A DNA stretch of 64,000 nucleotides from Octopus vulgaris (Eukaryota), in contig OX597816.1 in the NCBI GenBank assembly GCA_951406725.2, positions 149,854,001-149,918,000 on the forward strand, written 5' to 3'. Position 1 is the first letter of the stretch. Each line of letters opens with the position of its first letter. The position numbers were made by a program, and so were the translations under genes. This document shows, one piece after another, positions 13,459 through 27,330 of this stretch. The notes below the pieces were generated by a model. The model worked only from the letters and a program-made list of their open reading frames with translations, made no database searches and was not told the origin of the DNA.

Positions 13459-13770
13459 CATTCTGTCATCCATGGAATCATGATAATCATCTATAAATTC
13501 TGGATGAGGCAAATGGGGTTGCCTTCGTAACCGGTGAGTAGGAGTGGCACTTCTTGAAAATTGATTTAAATCTTTCATTTCGTGGCCTTTGAAGCCACCT
13601 AAACGCTGGTCAATGTAAGATGGGTGAATACCACCATGGACTGATGATCGGATGAGGTCATGTGCTGCACGATCAAGTTCTTCTTGTGACATACCACCAC
13701 CAGCTTCTTTGATTTCTTGTTGTAAATATTTTACGTCTACGTATTTCCGGAGACCTTCTTCTTCAAGTAC
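13459..13770 (-). CDS. Cav1: Cav1 exon with DCRD: VLEEEGLRKYVDVKYLQQEIKEAGGGMSQEELDRAAHDLIRSS...DSMDDRM
   Basis: TTTTCCAG acceptor; MSQEELDRAAHDLI resembles Cav1.2 DCRD MTIEEMESAADNIL; candidate donor ATG|GTAAAA (312 nt, phase 0 to 0), or read-through to the stop at 13372. Confidence 0.88.
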
Positions 13771-15748
13771 CTGGAAAATAAAATAAATGAAACTAAATTA
13801 AAAATAAGGGAAGTAAAAGATGTGTCCAGCTGTAGAAACTTTGCCAGATCAGATTGAGCCTGGTGCAGCCATTCTGGCTCACCAGTCCTCAGGCAAACCA
13901 TCCAACCCATGCCAGCATGGAAAGCAGATGTTAAATGACGATGATGATCATGATGTTTGATAATGTTAATAAATGTCATAGCAAACATAACAGACAATCT
14001 GGATTGGAATCTTCCTGCCAGACCATCACATTGCAGCATGTGCTGGTGAAGCTCTTTTCACATATTCTACTATGCCACAAGTTTCACTTATATTTTCCCA
14101 CACTCTTCTTTCAGTTTATACAATGGCTTACTTGCTGTCCTTCCAAACAGCACACAGTTCTATGCAGACAATACAATCTTATCTCCAGCTTAAACTTTTG
14201 TATATAAGTACCATCAAAACAACCTAAACACATGATGCCAAATATACACTACTTCTTCAATAGTAACATTATCTCTTTAAACAGAAAAAAAAAAAAGAAA
14301 AAGAAAATCCCAGACTGGTCCCTCATCCTTTGATCAGATTAATAAGGCTTAAATAAGATGCACATAAGAGTACTGCTCAAACTTATGGCCATTATACACA
14401 CAGACATCTTGTATCACAACCAAAAGCAAGCCATTTGATTGATTAGCATTGATTCACACACCAACATGCTTTAACCACAAGTTTAATTATACAGTTGCCA
14501 CTGTTTGCCTCTTCTGTTGCTACTAGAAAAGGCACTGCTTGCATTAACTAGTTAACTGCAAATCCTTTCTAACATGGCATGTCTTATTCATCTATTTCTC
14601 TTTTTCTTTTTGCCCTCACTGTATCTCAGCTTCTAGACCCAGCACAAACCACATTTTTTCTACTCAAAATTGTAACCCTTCCATATGTAACATTAATTTC
14701 ACACACCCTACTCCAATAAACCAAACTACATCTCCTTTTCTCTTCTCCATGCACAATCCTTAGCTCTCTATCTCCCCATTCCTGTAGCTCAATCCTGTCC
14801 TCCCCTACCTCTGCCAAATGTATTCTGTCATCCACCCTGTTGTGAACTCCTTACTTTGCACCCTGGGTAATCCTCAACCAATCCATTTAAATTCACATCC
14901 TTGTACCTAGAGAGTATGCCCTGGCACACTCCCTCCCTCTCTCCCTCACTCACTCTTTCTCCGACTGAGATAATCATGTATTTCCTCTACAACAAGACAC
15001 TAGCTTTTGTCCCTCTGTCACTCTAACCTCTCATAACCAGGCACAAAGCTACCTCCTTCAATACCCTTGAAGGATCTTTGTCTTGCAAATTACTTGGTGA
15101 CTTTGCTGGTGCTCGTGCTATGTAAAAAGCACTCTGTCCACTCAGTAAGATGGTTGGCAATAGGAAGAGCATCCAACTATAAAATACAGGCCAAAACAGA
15201 CAGCAGAATTTGGTGCAGTCCTCTGGCTTACCACCTCCTGTCAAACTAGCCAACCCATGTCAGCATGGAAGATGGACATTAAAATGATGATAATGATGTT
15301 GTTGATGATGATAGTATTGAATATTTGACCACCAAGTATTCAAGCTGAACATCAATTACATCAGTTTCAGCAAGCTGTAAAGATCATGAGCATTGTCTCT
15401 TATCATCCAATTAATATATTAAAGATATATGTCAACAGCCGTCAAAATTTGCAATGATACTCATTGAAGCAAGATAATATTTGAACAAAGTAAGATAAAT
15501 TTGATTATTGTTTTTAAAAACATATAAAATCTCTCTGCATGAGCTAAAGCTGCTAAGACTTAGAAAGGATGGATTAACACAAACAGTATTTCATTATGTT
15601 GTGGGTATGGAAAGGCAGAGAACTGGCAGAATAGTTAGCACATCAGGAAAATACAAAGGATCATTTTCAAATATGAGACAGTGAAACAGAGTTGATTAAC
15701 AGATATGATTGGAAGTTACTGATTCAAAGAGTAAATACTTCAGTTTAA

Positions 15749-16401
15749 CCCTTTAGCATTTAAACCAGCTGTCATCATCATCATCATCGTTAAACGTCTG
15801 TTCTCCATGCTAGCATGGGTTGGACGGTTTGACCGGGCGTCTGGGAAGCCAGAAGGTTGCACCAGGCTCCAGCTGGATGCCCTTCCTAACACCAACCACT
15901 CCGTGAGTGTAGTGGGTGCTTTTTACGTGCCAGGCGAGGCTGGCAACGGCCATGATTGGATTGGTGCTTTTTACATGCCACCAGCATGGAAGCCAGTCAA
16001 GGCGGAGCTGGCATCGGCCACGTTTGAATGGTGCTTTTTACGTGCCACTGGCATGGAAGCCAGTCAAGGCGGAGCTGGCATTGGCCATGTTCGGATGGTG
16101 CTTTTTACGTGCCACCAGCACAGGGATCATAACTGCAGTTTCCATTGATTTTTGATGTTGGTGTACTTGACTCAATGGATCTCCTCAAGCACAGGGTCGA
16201 AACGGTGTTTCTTTACTTGCCACCTGCACACGAGTCAGCTGTATCTGGCCTAAATAATTTACATGTTTTATGTTCAAACCAGCCATGTCTAACCTCTCAC
16301 AAGAGAGAGAGAAAAAGGGAAAGAGGGAGACAGAGAGAGAGACAGATAGAAAACGGTGAAAGAGGGAGGGGGAGAGACAAAGCAATCCGAATGCTAAAGG
16401 G
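15749..16401. mobile_element. piggyBac-like MITE with nested retroposon
   Basis: TTAA|CCCTTTAGCATT ... AATGCTAAAGGG|TTAA; internal insertion flanked by duplicated CAGCTGT. Confidence 0.8.
15773..16235 (-). mobile_element. Copy of the (ATG)n-tailed retroposon family, nested in the piggyBac-like MITE
   Basis: Begins with (CAT)n on the plus strand; reverse complement of the family block; CAGCTGT TSD. Confidence 0.82.
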
Positions 16402-16551
16402 TTAAAGACTATAGTATCAGGTTAATGTCTGAAACTTAAATTCAAAGGAAAACACTTTAGCTTAGTAAAGTGAAACTGATTTTAATATTAATTGTAGATA
16501 TAAATGGAAAGAAAACAATATGGAATACTGATATATCATTGCAATACTTAC

Positions 16552-16721
16552 TTTTTCAACCAAACTCTCAGCACTGCCACGTTCAAAACCATACTTTGAT
16601 CTACTGAGAACATGTGTGGGAATCACTAATGGACCACGCTCGTAGGCACGGTATGGGATAGCACTGTCAGTTCCTTCAGGGTAATCACCAGACCTAGGAT
16701 GTCTGCGAAGGTGTTCGTCAT
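16552..16721 (-). CDS. Cav1: Cav1 exon: (D)DEHLRRHPRSGDYPEG...GFERGSAESLVEK
   Basis: Inside ORF 16462..16944; AAA|GTAAGT donor; GSAESLVEK joined to VLEEEGL matches vertebrate GSAxSLVEAVLISEGL. The 5' boundary uses an AAG acceptor inferred from phase 1 and is less certain. Confidence 0.85.
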
Positions 16722-16934
16722 CTTTAGATTTTGCAAAGGACATGAAAAGGTAGGGGAAACGGAAAAAAGAAAAAGAAAAATTAATAAAAGAAAGCTTCAT
16801 TAATGCATATGTGGTTGCATATATGTGTGAGTGAATGAAATTATGATACATATAACCATATATTTTGAAAGAAATACATACAAAATGAAAGTACAGAGGT
16901 TGTATAAACATATGTAGGCAATGAGATTTTACAT

Positions 16935-17042
16935 ATGCATACATATATGTTTACATTGGACACGTGTGTGTGTGCATGTATACACATATATACACACACG
17001 CATACATATGTATTACATACACACACAAATATATATGTATAT

Positions 17043-17093
<51 letters not shown>

Positions 17094-17232
17094 TATATAC
17101 ATATATATATACATATATATATACATATATATATTATAACTTACATATATATATACATACATATATATATACATATATACATATATATATACATATATAT
17201 ATATATACATATATATATACATATATATATAC

Positions 17233-17282
<50 letters not shown>
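16935..17282. repeat. (TA)/(CA) compound microsatellite
   Basis: Directly visible. Confidence 0.95.
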
Positions 17283-17285
<3 letters not shown>

Positions 17286-17941
17286 ATAACTGTGATCCAA
17301 CAGGGCACAATACATAACCTTTACATATAACATTTAGCAATCTATATGCACCATTTCACTGAAAGACATACAACTGGAAAGTATATTCATTTTACTTCAG
17401 ATTATCATAAGGTACAGATGAACAGGCTCTAATATTCATATAGTACACATGATGCTTAAATAAATTAAATAAGAAATGAAGAATAAGAATGATTAATCAA
17501 ATATTTCATTCTTTACTTATGCTTGAATGATACAATTTGGTGAGTACATTATTTTCTTCATGGAAATAAATGCAAAATAATCAGTGAGTATTTATATATC
17601 AACAAGTACTGAAAAAAACTGTATAGACATATGATCTTGTCCAAAGATGCTATAGATATTGTATTGAAGGTAAATCAAAAAAGTTGTCAAAAGTTAAATT
17701 TTGCATCCTTAGTCACTCTCTAGCTTAATGTTTGACAACACTTTTGGCTTACATTTTGAATGAGACAATGTGTTTTTACTATATTTTCAGCACTTCTTGA
17801 TGTGTAAAAACTCTGATTTCTTGTATTTGTTTGCCTTCTGAAGAAACTGTACTCCAAAAATTGTAGTAGTGAAACATATGCAAAGGATAAAATATTTAAT
17901 TATCTTCTCATTTAATCATTATATGCGTGTGTGTATGTTGA

Positions 17942-17975
<34 letters not shown>

Positions 17976-18382
17976 CACACACACATATATATATATATAT
18001 ATCATCATCATCATTCCATGCTTGTAATAATAATAAAAATAATCAATTAAGCAGAAAACAGGTATGGTATTCAATGCTTCATAAATCATATATGCATTTC
18101 AGCAAAATGTTGAGACAGATGGGGTGAAGCACAAGACTGCATAATGTTTTCGCAACTGTTATGTAATTATTACTGTATTTTTGCTGAAATGTGTATTTGT
18201 TACCTAAAGCATTGAATACCATAATTGTTTTCTGTTTAATTATTATTATTTCTATTATTAAGCTTCTTTTCTGCACATTATCCTATCCTGAGGTTGATGC
18301 CCTATGTCATACTACACCAGAGTGAAGTGTGGAACTTACAACTGAATCCAATGTTTAGTTATATGTTGCATTTCACAGTACC

Positions 18383-18439
<57 letters not shown>

Positions 18440-19370
18440 TATCCAATATATATGACTGAGTAAGTACCAGCCTACTAGCTCAATGCTGATGCAGCTCTCT
18501 CATCCTTCAACTAGCAATTGATGTTCCACTGGGTCATATATATATATATATACACACATATATACATATAAAACCATAGCTCACTTACAAACAAGCATGA
18601 TCTGGTTGATTGTACCATACTTTCAATACTTGTTTTTGGTGTCTATGTTGTTTTGAGCAGACAGTCTCTCAAACATCCCACCTATGATCCAGTGGAACAT
18701 TGAATGCCAGCTGAAGGATACTTACTCATTCACATATCTAGGATGATATACATATATATATAATACACAAACAAATGCATAAACATACTTACATATATAG
18801 ACACACAAATGTGTGAATGCATATGTCTGTCTGTAAGTATGTATCCATGCAGGCACACATGTATGTATTTATATACCATTCTTTGTACCTGTATGTGTAT
18901 CTCTACAGATATGTGTAGACATAAGGACAAGTATGAATATATATGGATGTCAGTTCTTATTTCTCTGTACATGTACATTTTACTTGTTTCAGTCATTGGA
19001 CTGTAGCCATCATGCTGGGGACACTACCTTGAAGGTATTTTTTAGTTAAATAAGTTGACCCCAGTATTCATTTAAAAAAAGTCTGGTACTTCTATCAGTC
19101 TCTTTTGTTGAACTACTAAGTTATATGCATGAAAAACAAACCAACATCGGTTGTCAAGTGGTGGTGTGGTACAAACATGAATACAAAGGCATACAGATAT
19201 AGGCATATAAATTTACAATGGGCTTCCTTCAGTTTCTGTCTACCAGATTCAAGATAAATGAGTAAAAAATGAAACTCAACAGATGTAGTGGCAATGAAAA
19301 GTTATTTATTAACAGGTTGACTCAACCCCACGTTGCTGAAATTTTTGTTTGAGCAGATAAGTGTCTACAT

Positions 19371-19526
19371 CAGGCATGGGCAACCTTTTTTGATTAGTTG
19401 GAAGCATGAGACATGGCTCATCATCAGGCAGGCCACACATACAAAAAAAAATCAAAGTATCTTTTGTTGGTGTGTCATTCAGAAAGTCCCATGAGCTCCA
19501 TGCAACCTGCAGTTTGTCCATGACCG
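19371..19526. mobile_element. hAT-like MITE
   Basis: Ends CAGGCATGGGCAA and TTGTCCATGACCG; perfect 8-bp TSD GTCTACAT (19363-19370, 19527-19534). Confidence 0.8.
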
Positions 19527-19849
19527 GTCTACATAATTAGAAGTATGAGATCAAAAGCAAGGTTTCCAACAGAGGATATTTTAGGGCCTCAATTGGTCAG
19601 TTCAGATCACATTAATAGATTAAACCACAACAATAACAAGTAATTTTATTTGTTTCCATGTGGTTGGAGAGACAGTCTAGTTGTGCTTGATTGTTTATAA
19701 CCAGAAGGATTTCACAATACAGTCTCCATTCCTCCAAATAGGAATTGAAGCTGTGTTCTATGGTGAGATAATTAGTCTTGTGGTGTCAGGTTATGTATCT
19801 AATGGTGTATCATGCATGGATTTGAAGTTAGTTACTGGTAGGTCATGAT

Positions 19850-21300
19850 GATGCTATGTAGAAGTGTAATAATCTTTGTATGATTAAGTAGGAATTGTTT
19901 ATCCTGAAACTGTAGATGGGCCAGCTAAGGTTAAGGTGGTCTTTCCAGGGTACCAGTGACTAATGGTTAGAAGATTATTAACAAGGTATATTTTTAGTGA
20001 CAACAATACAGAGGCAAAATTGACAAATACAATGCTAGGTGAATAAGGAGGGAGCTGGTAAGAAGGATGCTCCATGTAATGTTGAGTCCTAGAGTCTCCA
20101 GATGAAGCTGGACAAGAGGGTAGAGTTTTCTCTCTCCTTGCACCTAAAGGGGTGCGTATATTGTGTAAACCTTGCTTCAAATCATTGACTGTTAGGTCTA
20201 TGTAGTGTCTTGTGATGCCATTGGATGATGTGAGGGTAGCTCTGTATACCACAACTTTGAAAGGTAAAAATCCTTCTAGTGAATTGTTAGTATGATTTTG
20301 GCAGTTATAGGCTGGAGTATGGGGTGGAGTCTTGGTAGGTGTATGTCTGTTTCTGTTGCAGTGTGAAATATTGGAAGTAATGTTATCCTAGTATGAATAG
20401 CTAATCTTAATGTTATGGGCAATAAAGACATTATAAAACTTATGGATATTTGAGAAATACTGTCTAATTAGGGACAGGAAACTTTTAGCTATATTAGTTG
20501 TTACATCTAGGTTGAATAGAGGATTGAGCCAGATCAGACTTCTCTTTCTAACTATCTTTGGTTTCAGCAGTGGGACATCCTCAATATACTCTAAATTATC
20601 AGTGAGCCCACTCTTTGCTTATGTCTCGTTATAATAGAGTATAATGATAAACTGGAGATTTTTCTATTGATACCTGTGACTAATTTCTTATTATATGCTG
20701 AGTTCCTCAGCATGTAAACTTAGACTTCAAGCTAGACAAATACTATCCCTACAGAAAATCTATAAACATGTTTTCTGCAGGGATAGTAGCTGTCTTGAAG
20801 TCTAGGATAATATTTAGTTAAATTGGCAGTAACAGTTATCTCAGGTTGAGCTTTTTGGAGACGCTTATAAAATTCTTCCTGAATTCCACCAGAGTGTGGC
20901 TACTCTCATTACTTAAGATCGCCAGGCCATTGTATAGGGTCAAGCTGTGAGAGTACATTTTTTTCTAAAGTATTCAGAATAAATATCTTGACAAGGTGAA
21001 CCTGCAAGCTGAACTACAATGCCACAGAACAAGTTGATGACAGCAGCACAGTACTCCTGCTATATCAATCCAGTTGTCCTTCTGGTATCAAAATTGATAA
21101 CATCAAGAGTATATATACTGACAATGCCTATCTCACTCTCAGAAGGGTTAATTAGCCTGCATTTAGAATTGGAAAGAAAGTTGTATTTGTGGTCCTTAAA
21201 AGTAATATATGGGAAGTCCACATATGATGGTCCACATAATCAATTTTTAGGAAAGTGGTTAGCTTCTTTGCTTCCATCTTTGTGTTGTTGCATGTTGGAA
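19850..21300 (-). mobile_element. Degenerate Penelope-like retroelement (RT plus GIY-YIG)
   Basis: Minus-strand peptides ITFKDHKYNFLSNSKCRLIKPSESEIG, RKRSLIWLNPLFNLDVTTNIAKSFLSLI...IKISYS and VYRATLTSSNGITRHYI; many stops and frameshifts. Confidence 0.8.
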
Positions 21301-21844
21301 TGTTGGTTTCATTGTATGTTCTGGTGATGGCATTAGAAAAATGTTGTTGGAGATAGTTAAAGTACTGATGGTGCTGATGTAGTGTCTATGATTATAGAGA
21401 ATGAAGAAGGTACAATCGGGTATGGTAATGAAGGGGAATTTCATGAACCAATGATGAAGGTGGTGAGGATGGGAGTGATGGAAATAGAAATGAGATTGTG
21501 CCAAAGTAGATTATGATAGTGAAGTAGGTGATAGTGGTGGTTCTGCAAGTGGCAAAGGCAGTGACAAAAGGCACAATCTCCAATCATCTTTATCACATCC
21601 ACCACCACCACCACCACCACCACTTCATTACATACCCAATTCCCTCTTCACCATCAATCACCATAAATGTAGCATCAGGAGCATCATTACTATTACTATC
21701 TCCAACATTGTTTACATCACCACCACCATTACCACAACCCTATTTCCACTATCATTTCTATCAATATTGACATCATCATCACTACCACCATCTATTCCAC
21801 ATGCTCCATCATTTCCATTAGCTCAAACACTGCAATCACTTATA

Positions 21845-22062
21845 TTGGTTTCAAATTTTGGCACAAGGCTAGCAATTTTAGTGCAAGGGATAAGTTAATT
21901 ACTTCAGCCCCAGTGCTCAACTGATACTTATTTTATTGACCTTGAAAGAGTGAAAAGGCAAAGTCAACCTTGAAAGAATTTGAACCCAGAACATAAAGAC
22001 AGATGAAGTGCTGCTAAGCACTTTGCTCAGTATGCAAACAATTCTGCCAGTTTGCCACTTTC
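21845..22062 (-). mobile_element. SINE of a second family
   Basis: GGGTTCAAATTC B-box-like motif and GGTCAATAAAATAAGTA core on the minus strand; relatives near 7620-7780, 53870-54080, 61415-61605, 62210-62380. Confidence 0.65.
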
Positions 22063-22916
22063 CTACAATCACCTATATGACCACCGTCTGCACTCACCAC
22101 ATTTAACACCATCACTATTGGATCTACATCTACCATTTTCTTCACCACCATCTTGATTAGCACCACAACTACCACTCTTTGCTTCATGATCATCATCCAC
22201 CTTTGTTTAAGCATTGATCATCACTCCTACTTCTACCACCATCACTATCATCACTACTACATATCAATCCTTCTTCACCATCCACTACCTGCCACCTTAA
22301 CACCATCACTGCCTTTTTTTATTATCTTCTGCATAGTTAACACCATCATCACCACCATTAACATATCCAGTACCAACTCAATACCATTACATCATCATCA
22401 GCAGCACAACCATGACACTTACTTCCACATACCCTTCCGATATACCCAGCATCTTGAACCAACTAACATAACTTATCTTTCTGCCCTTTTGTCTATCTTG
22501 TCTAAATTTCTGCATGTTTCTGTTTTCACCTTATAATTTAGTCCCTGATGTGCCTCCAGGTAAAACAAAATGTATTTTGTCAGACACTCAGGACACACAC
22601 ACTGAGAGAGAATTGAGAAGAAAGGCTGCAGCCTTAATAGAGATGCTTGCTACACAGCAACTCTCACATAACTATGGTTGTTGTTGTAAGTGCTGAAATA
22701 AAGGAATGACTTGACTAAACATAAACTAAAGATGATGGTAAAAGCTGGAATCTAAGAAACTGATGAAGGTCTAAGATGGCCAGAATAGTAATAAAATTCA
22801 AAAGGGTTTATAGATGTCAATAAGTTTGGTAGCCATGCAAAATAAATAAGTCTGACATTTTAGGGATATGGACACAATTCCCTGAATGGTCCTGTGTCCA
22901 TATCAGAAGAAAAATG

Positions 22917-23228
<312 letters not shown>

Positions 23229-25280
23229 CAAATAAAAAGTAACTTTTTGGACACAAATCTTTCAGTTGACCTCTGTCAGAAATGTCAGAGTTATGGCAAT
23301 CAGATTTATTGGCACCTACAAATTCTTTTATATTCTATCTATAACGATAAATGGCTAAAGAAATACTCATCTGCTAAAGCCTAAACACATAAAAACCCAA
23401 ACCAAAGGACATGCATTTCTTTGAAAGTCTTTACTCTTCAACATGCTTTTGTAAGAAAAAACCCATACAACTATATATGGCAGAGATCTATATAAGATCA
23501 AGCTATATAGCTATACATATGAATACTTACATATATCAGTCTTCAATAATTTTGTTGTTGTAATAATAGTAGCAGATAATGATGACATTTAGACAAAAAT
23601 AATAAGTAACAACTTCTGATTTAACTACTTTGTGCTAACATACTACCATACAATAGCTATAACTAACACATGCATTATAGTACACTGAAACAGCTCTATG
23701 TAAATATAGATGCTGACATCTACTATTATTAATTAATACATGCAACAAGGGTAGGAGACCTGAAGATTTACAGGTCAGAGTGAAGTACCTGACTGGTAAC
23801 CTAGTGGTATAAAGACTTATGGCTTAGGATCCTACAGTTCTGAACTGAAGCTATATTCATGATCTGATTTAACTTTCAACTGAACTCATATTTCTTAAAT
23901 TGGTAATCTGTACACTTGTAGATTCTTTTAATCTATACAGATTAAACCAAACTTAAGAGTGTACAGACTAAAATAATTAACAAATTGATATTTCATAACA
24001 ATGTATATGATAATCGACTTGTTTAAAAAGATGGTATTCCTTTATGATATCATTGGAGAGAGAGAGAAAGAGAGAGAGAGGGAGGGCAAGGAAATCAAGG
24101 ATTACAGAGAAGGGAGTTGAAGAGAGAGGTTATAAAAATGAGAGTAATGTAGACCTATACCTCTAATAAAGGAATAGCAGTCCAAGTTGAGTAAAATTGG
24201 AGGAAATAGTGAGTTGTAGAAGTGGTTCCTGTTATAACAGCACATAATTTAAATGAAGCATAGCATTTAGGTGTCTATATTGACCAGTGCCATTCTATCA
24301 TGGAAAATGGCATACACACACCACAAATAACTTTAACAATATGTTTACTAGTGAAAAAGAAAAAAAAAATCATTGAAACAGTCATAAGTTCAGTAATGAA
24401 AAGTTTAAATATTATAAACCCAGCCCATTTCAGGGTTCATAAAATTGGAGTTTATCATGATTTTAAACTGTTCTAAGAAGATGGAAGACATACTATTATA
24501 ATCTGAATAGAGTGCTAATCTATCCTAGGTTGGTTTTCTCAAGCAGTTGCTCAGACACATTTGAAATCCAGAACATGATCCATCACATGTAGTTATTTTG
24601 TTGAAAAGGCCCCCCTCCCACATAGTTTATTGTAATTGATTTATTTGAAATTAATCAAAATTGTTACTAATTCATGACTTCAACTTGACTATTTGCAAAA
24701 TGGTATAGGTTTTGAACATTTAGATGTTTGCATATTGCTGCAATTGGAATATTTTACAACTGCTTTGAAGCTAACCAAAGTTAAGTGTTGTAGGAACAGC
24801 ATCGTTGCTGAAGCAAGATTTGAACTCATATGAAGTTAATGTCAAGCTTTGTAGCCACAACTATGTGTGTGTGTGTGTGTGTAGGTACATATACACAAAC
24901 AAACAGTATTCAATGTCAAGGGTTTGCAAGTTTATAAATATTGCAGCTGGTATCCTGTATCTAGTTATTTGAATTCCCTGACCAATAGACAAGATGATTT
25001 TGGTGTACATGCTTCATTCAGTGGGCATGCTGTTCGGTTCCTGCATGAACATTCAGCTTCATGTCAAGTATCTGGTAATAGGTAATCTTAACTGTGTCTA
25101 TTGAACAACTCCCTATATTTTTGTTTTTGTGGGAAATATCTAATTTTAACTTAAGGTCAATCTTGCCTATATTAGACCTAACATTGAATGAAAAGTGGGG
25201 TGCAGACAAAATGACCATCCTGTGCCATATTCTTCAGGTGGTGCCCTGGTTGGGTTTATAGATAATCTCATCTTTAAACC

Positions 25281-26444
25281 TGTGGGATGACATCAGCGGC
25301 TGGGGAGCTGACTGGAAGAGGAAGGACGCGCAGGTGACATGCGCACAAGTAGGGGATGATTGCGCCCTTTTCGATCGGAGAAGCCGTGATTGCAGGATGT
25401 GTCATTACTTCGACAAGGTGATGGATAGCAGCAGCTATTTTTAGCGTTTTGGGATGGGCCATGTGGAAAGGTATGTTACCACCTGACAGGTCTGCGTTAA
25501 CAATAGCCATTTGGAGGGAGTTAAGGATGGGCATTGCTGATGAGATTGTGAAGATTTTGAACAAGATATTTTTAGAGAGGGGTCCCGTGGAAGAACTGCT
25601 AATGGATAATGGGGCGGCATTTTGTTCAGAAGCGTCAAGGGATATGCTCGACTGGTGGAAAGTGCGTTGCTTGTTCAGAGCAGCGTATAGGCCGAGTGGT
25701 AACGAAATCGTAGAGAGGCACCATTGGACAATCAAGGCCATGGTGGAAAGAGGGCACATTTTGCTGCTGGAAGCAGTTTTCTAGTTTAACATGCCTCCCC
25801 GATCCGGACAAGCTGAAGAATCTGTGCCACACAGAGCAGTATTTAAATATGAATGGAACATCCCAGTAAAGCACCAGAGTGCCACGAGGAAGAGAAGGAA
25901 TCTGCCTGCATGAAAATAGGGGAGGTAGTTTGTGTTAAGCCACCGAAGGCGCGCAGTACATCTCAATGGAGCAGAGGAATGGTGACAGCAGTCAATTCCA
26001 GAAACAACATCTCTGTGGATGGAATGCCACATCATGTTTTGGACCTTCGCAGGATTGTTGCTTTGTTGCATGATGATTGTGGAGAGGAGGAGCCTAGCTT
26101 CAGGAGATCTCGATGCGTAAGGTGGCTGCCCGGTTGGATGGTGGACTTTGACGTGGAGTAAGGGGGAAGTGATCTTTAAGATCAGGGAGGTGGGTGGGAT
26201 GACATCAGCGGCTGGGGAGCTGACCGGAAGAGGAAGGGCACGCAGGTGACATGTGCACAGGCGAGGGATGATCACACCTTTTTCAATCGGGGAAGCTGTG
26301 AGTGCAGGACATATCAGTGCTTCGACAAGGTGAGGGATAGCAGCTGCTATTTTTAGTGTTTCAAGACAGGTCATGTGGAAGGGTACGTCTGCGTCAACGA
26401 AGAGAAGGTAGGTGTCTTACTTCTAATCTCCTGCATTCACTACA
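25281..26444 (+). mobile_element. Internally deleted LTR retrotransposon (Ty3/Gypsy-like integrase relic)
   Basis: TG...CA ends; 5-bp TSD AAACC (25276-25280, 26445-26449); direct repeats about 25281-25500 and 26193-26444; purine tract before the 3' LTR; rve core ELLMDNGAAFCS...AYRPSGNEIVERHHWTIK. Confidence 0.92.
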
Positions 26445-26519
26445 AAACCTATGAATAGTTCTTTGATGACAGATTAAAGATTCTTCTGTTCACACTTGTT
26501 ACAATGTTTTGAACACTAG

Positions 26520-27330
26520 GCAGTGGGGGTTGACAGGATCCTATGTTAACGTGAGTTTCTCATTTTGTTTCCTAAAAGGTTTAAAAGAATCAGTACTAAA
26601 GTCTAGAGTGATGCCTAGAAAATTACTTTAAGGTTACTGTCTAAGGTTAGGGATCTAAACATCTCTATAATGTCTTTTCTTAACCTATCTAATATGTATC
26701 CATTAGAGATGGCTAGAGTGTCATCCATATTTAGGCCAAACTAGTGGAGGTGAATGTTTTAAAAACATCCACAACATATAGTCCAGTGAGATAATAGATG
26801 CCTATGTTATTGACTGAGCCTATACTCACATTAATATTACAGTTTTTTGTCAAAGAGCAAATTTTTTGTAGTATTGAATGTGACCTCTAAGTCTCTGTCA
26901 CTTATAGGAGTACATAGCATAGTGGAGCACCTTAGTAAGTCATGGGTATCTAGTATCAAAGGGTAAAACCGAGGATATCAAACAGAGTGAACCTTGTGTA
27001 TTTTTGAGTCAAGAGATAACCTAGTAGGTGTTACTTCATTAGGCAAGGTTAGAGGATTTCCAAATGCTAATGTTATGTATAAATATTTTCTTACTGATGA
27101 GTCCTGTTTCTGATTTGGTGGTTTATTAATCTACATTTAGAGTTGGTTGTAAACTTACTTTAATGGTCATTCATGGTGATTAAAGCATTGCATTTAGATA
27201 GTATTTCAGTCTGTTGTTATATCTAAGCTTAAGTTTGTGTTTAGTATCAGTATTTACATTGTTGTAAGTTTGGAGCTTAGAATAATTTTAGGTAATATTG
27301 TAGAAGTCAGTTTCTATATGAAGTAGAAGT
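26520..27330 (-). mobile_element. Degenerate Penelope-like RT fragment
   Basis: Minus-strand remnants LFDI, FGLNMDDTLAI (GLYRDDGL-like) and FLGITLDFSTDSFKPFRK. Confidence 0.65.

Noticed and set aside
22755-22795. CTGATGAAGG...CCAGAA hammerhead-like motif; other isolated CTGATGA near 1105, 19420, 27094 and 59452
   Set aside because: No GAAA and NUH in register or no closing stems; at most decayed relics.
25449-26161. Integrase ORFs as a domesticated gene
   Set aside because: In-frame stop, frameshift and missing N-terminus within an LTR relic.
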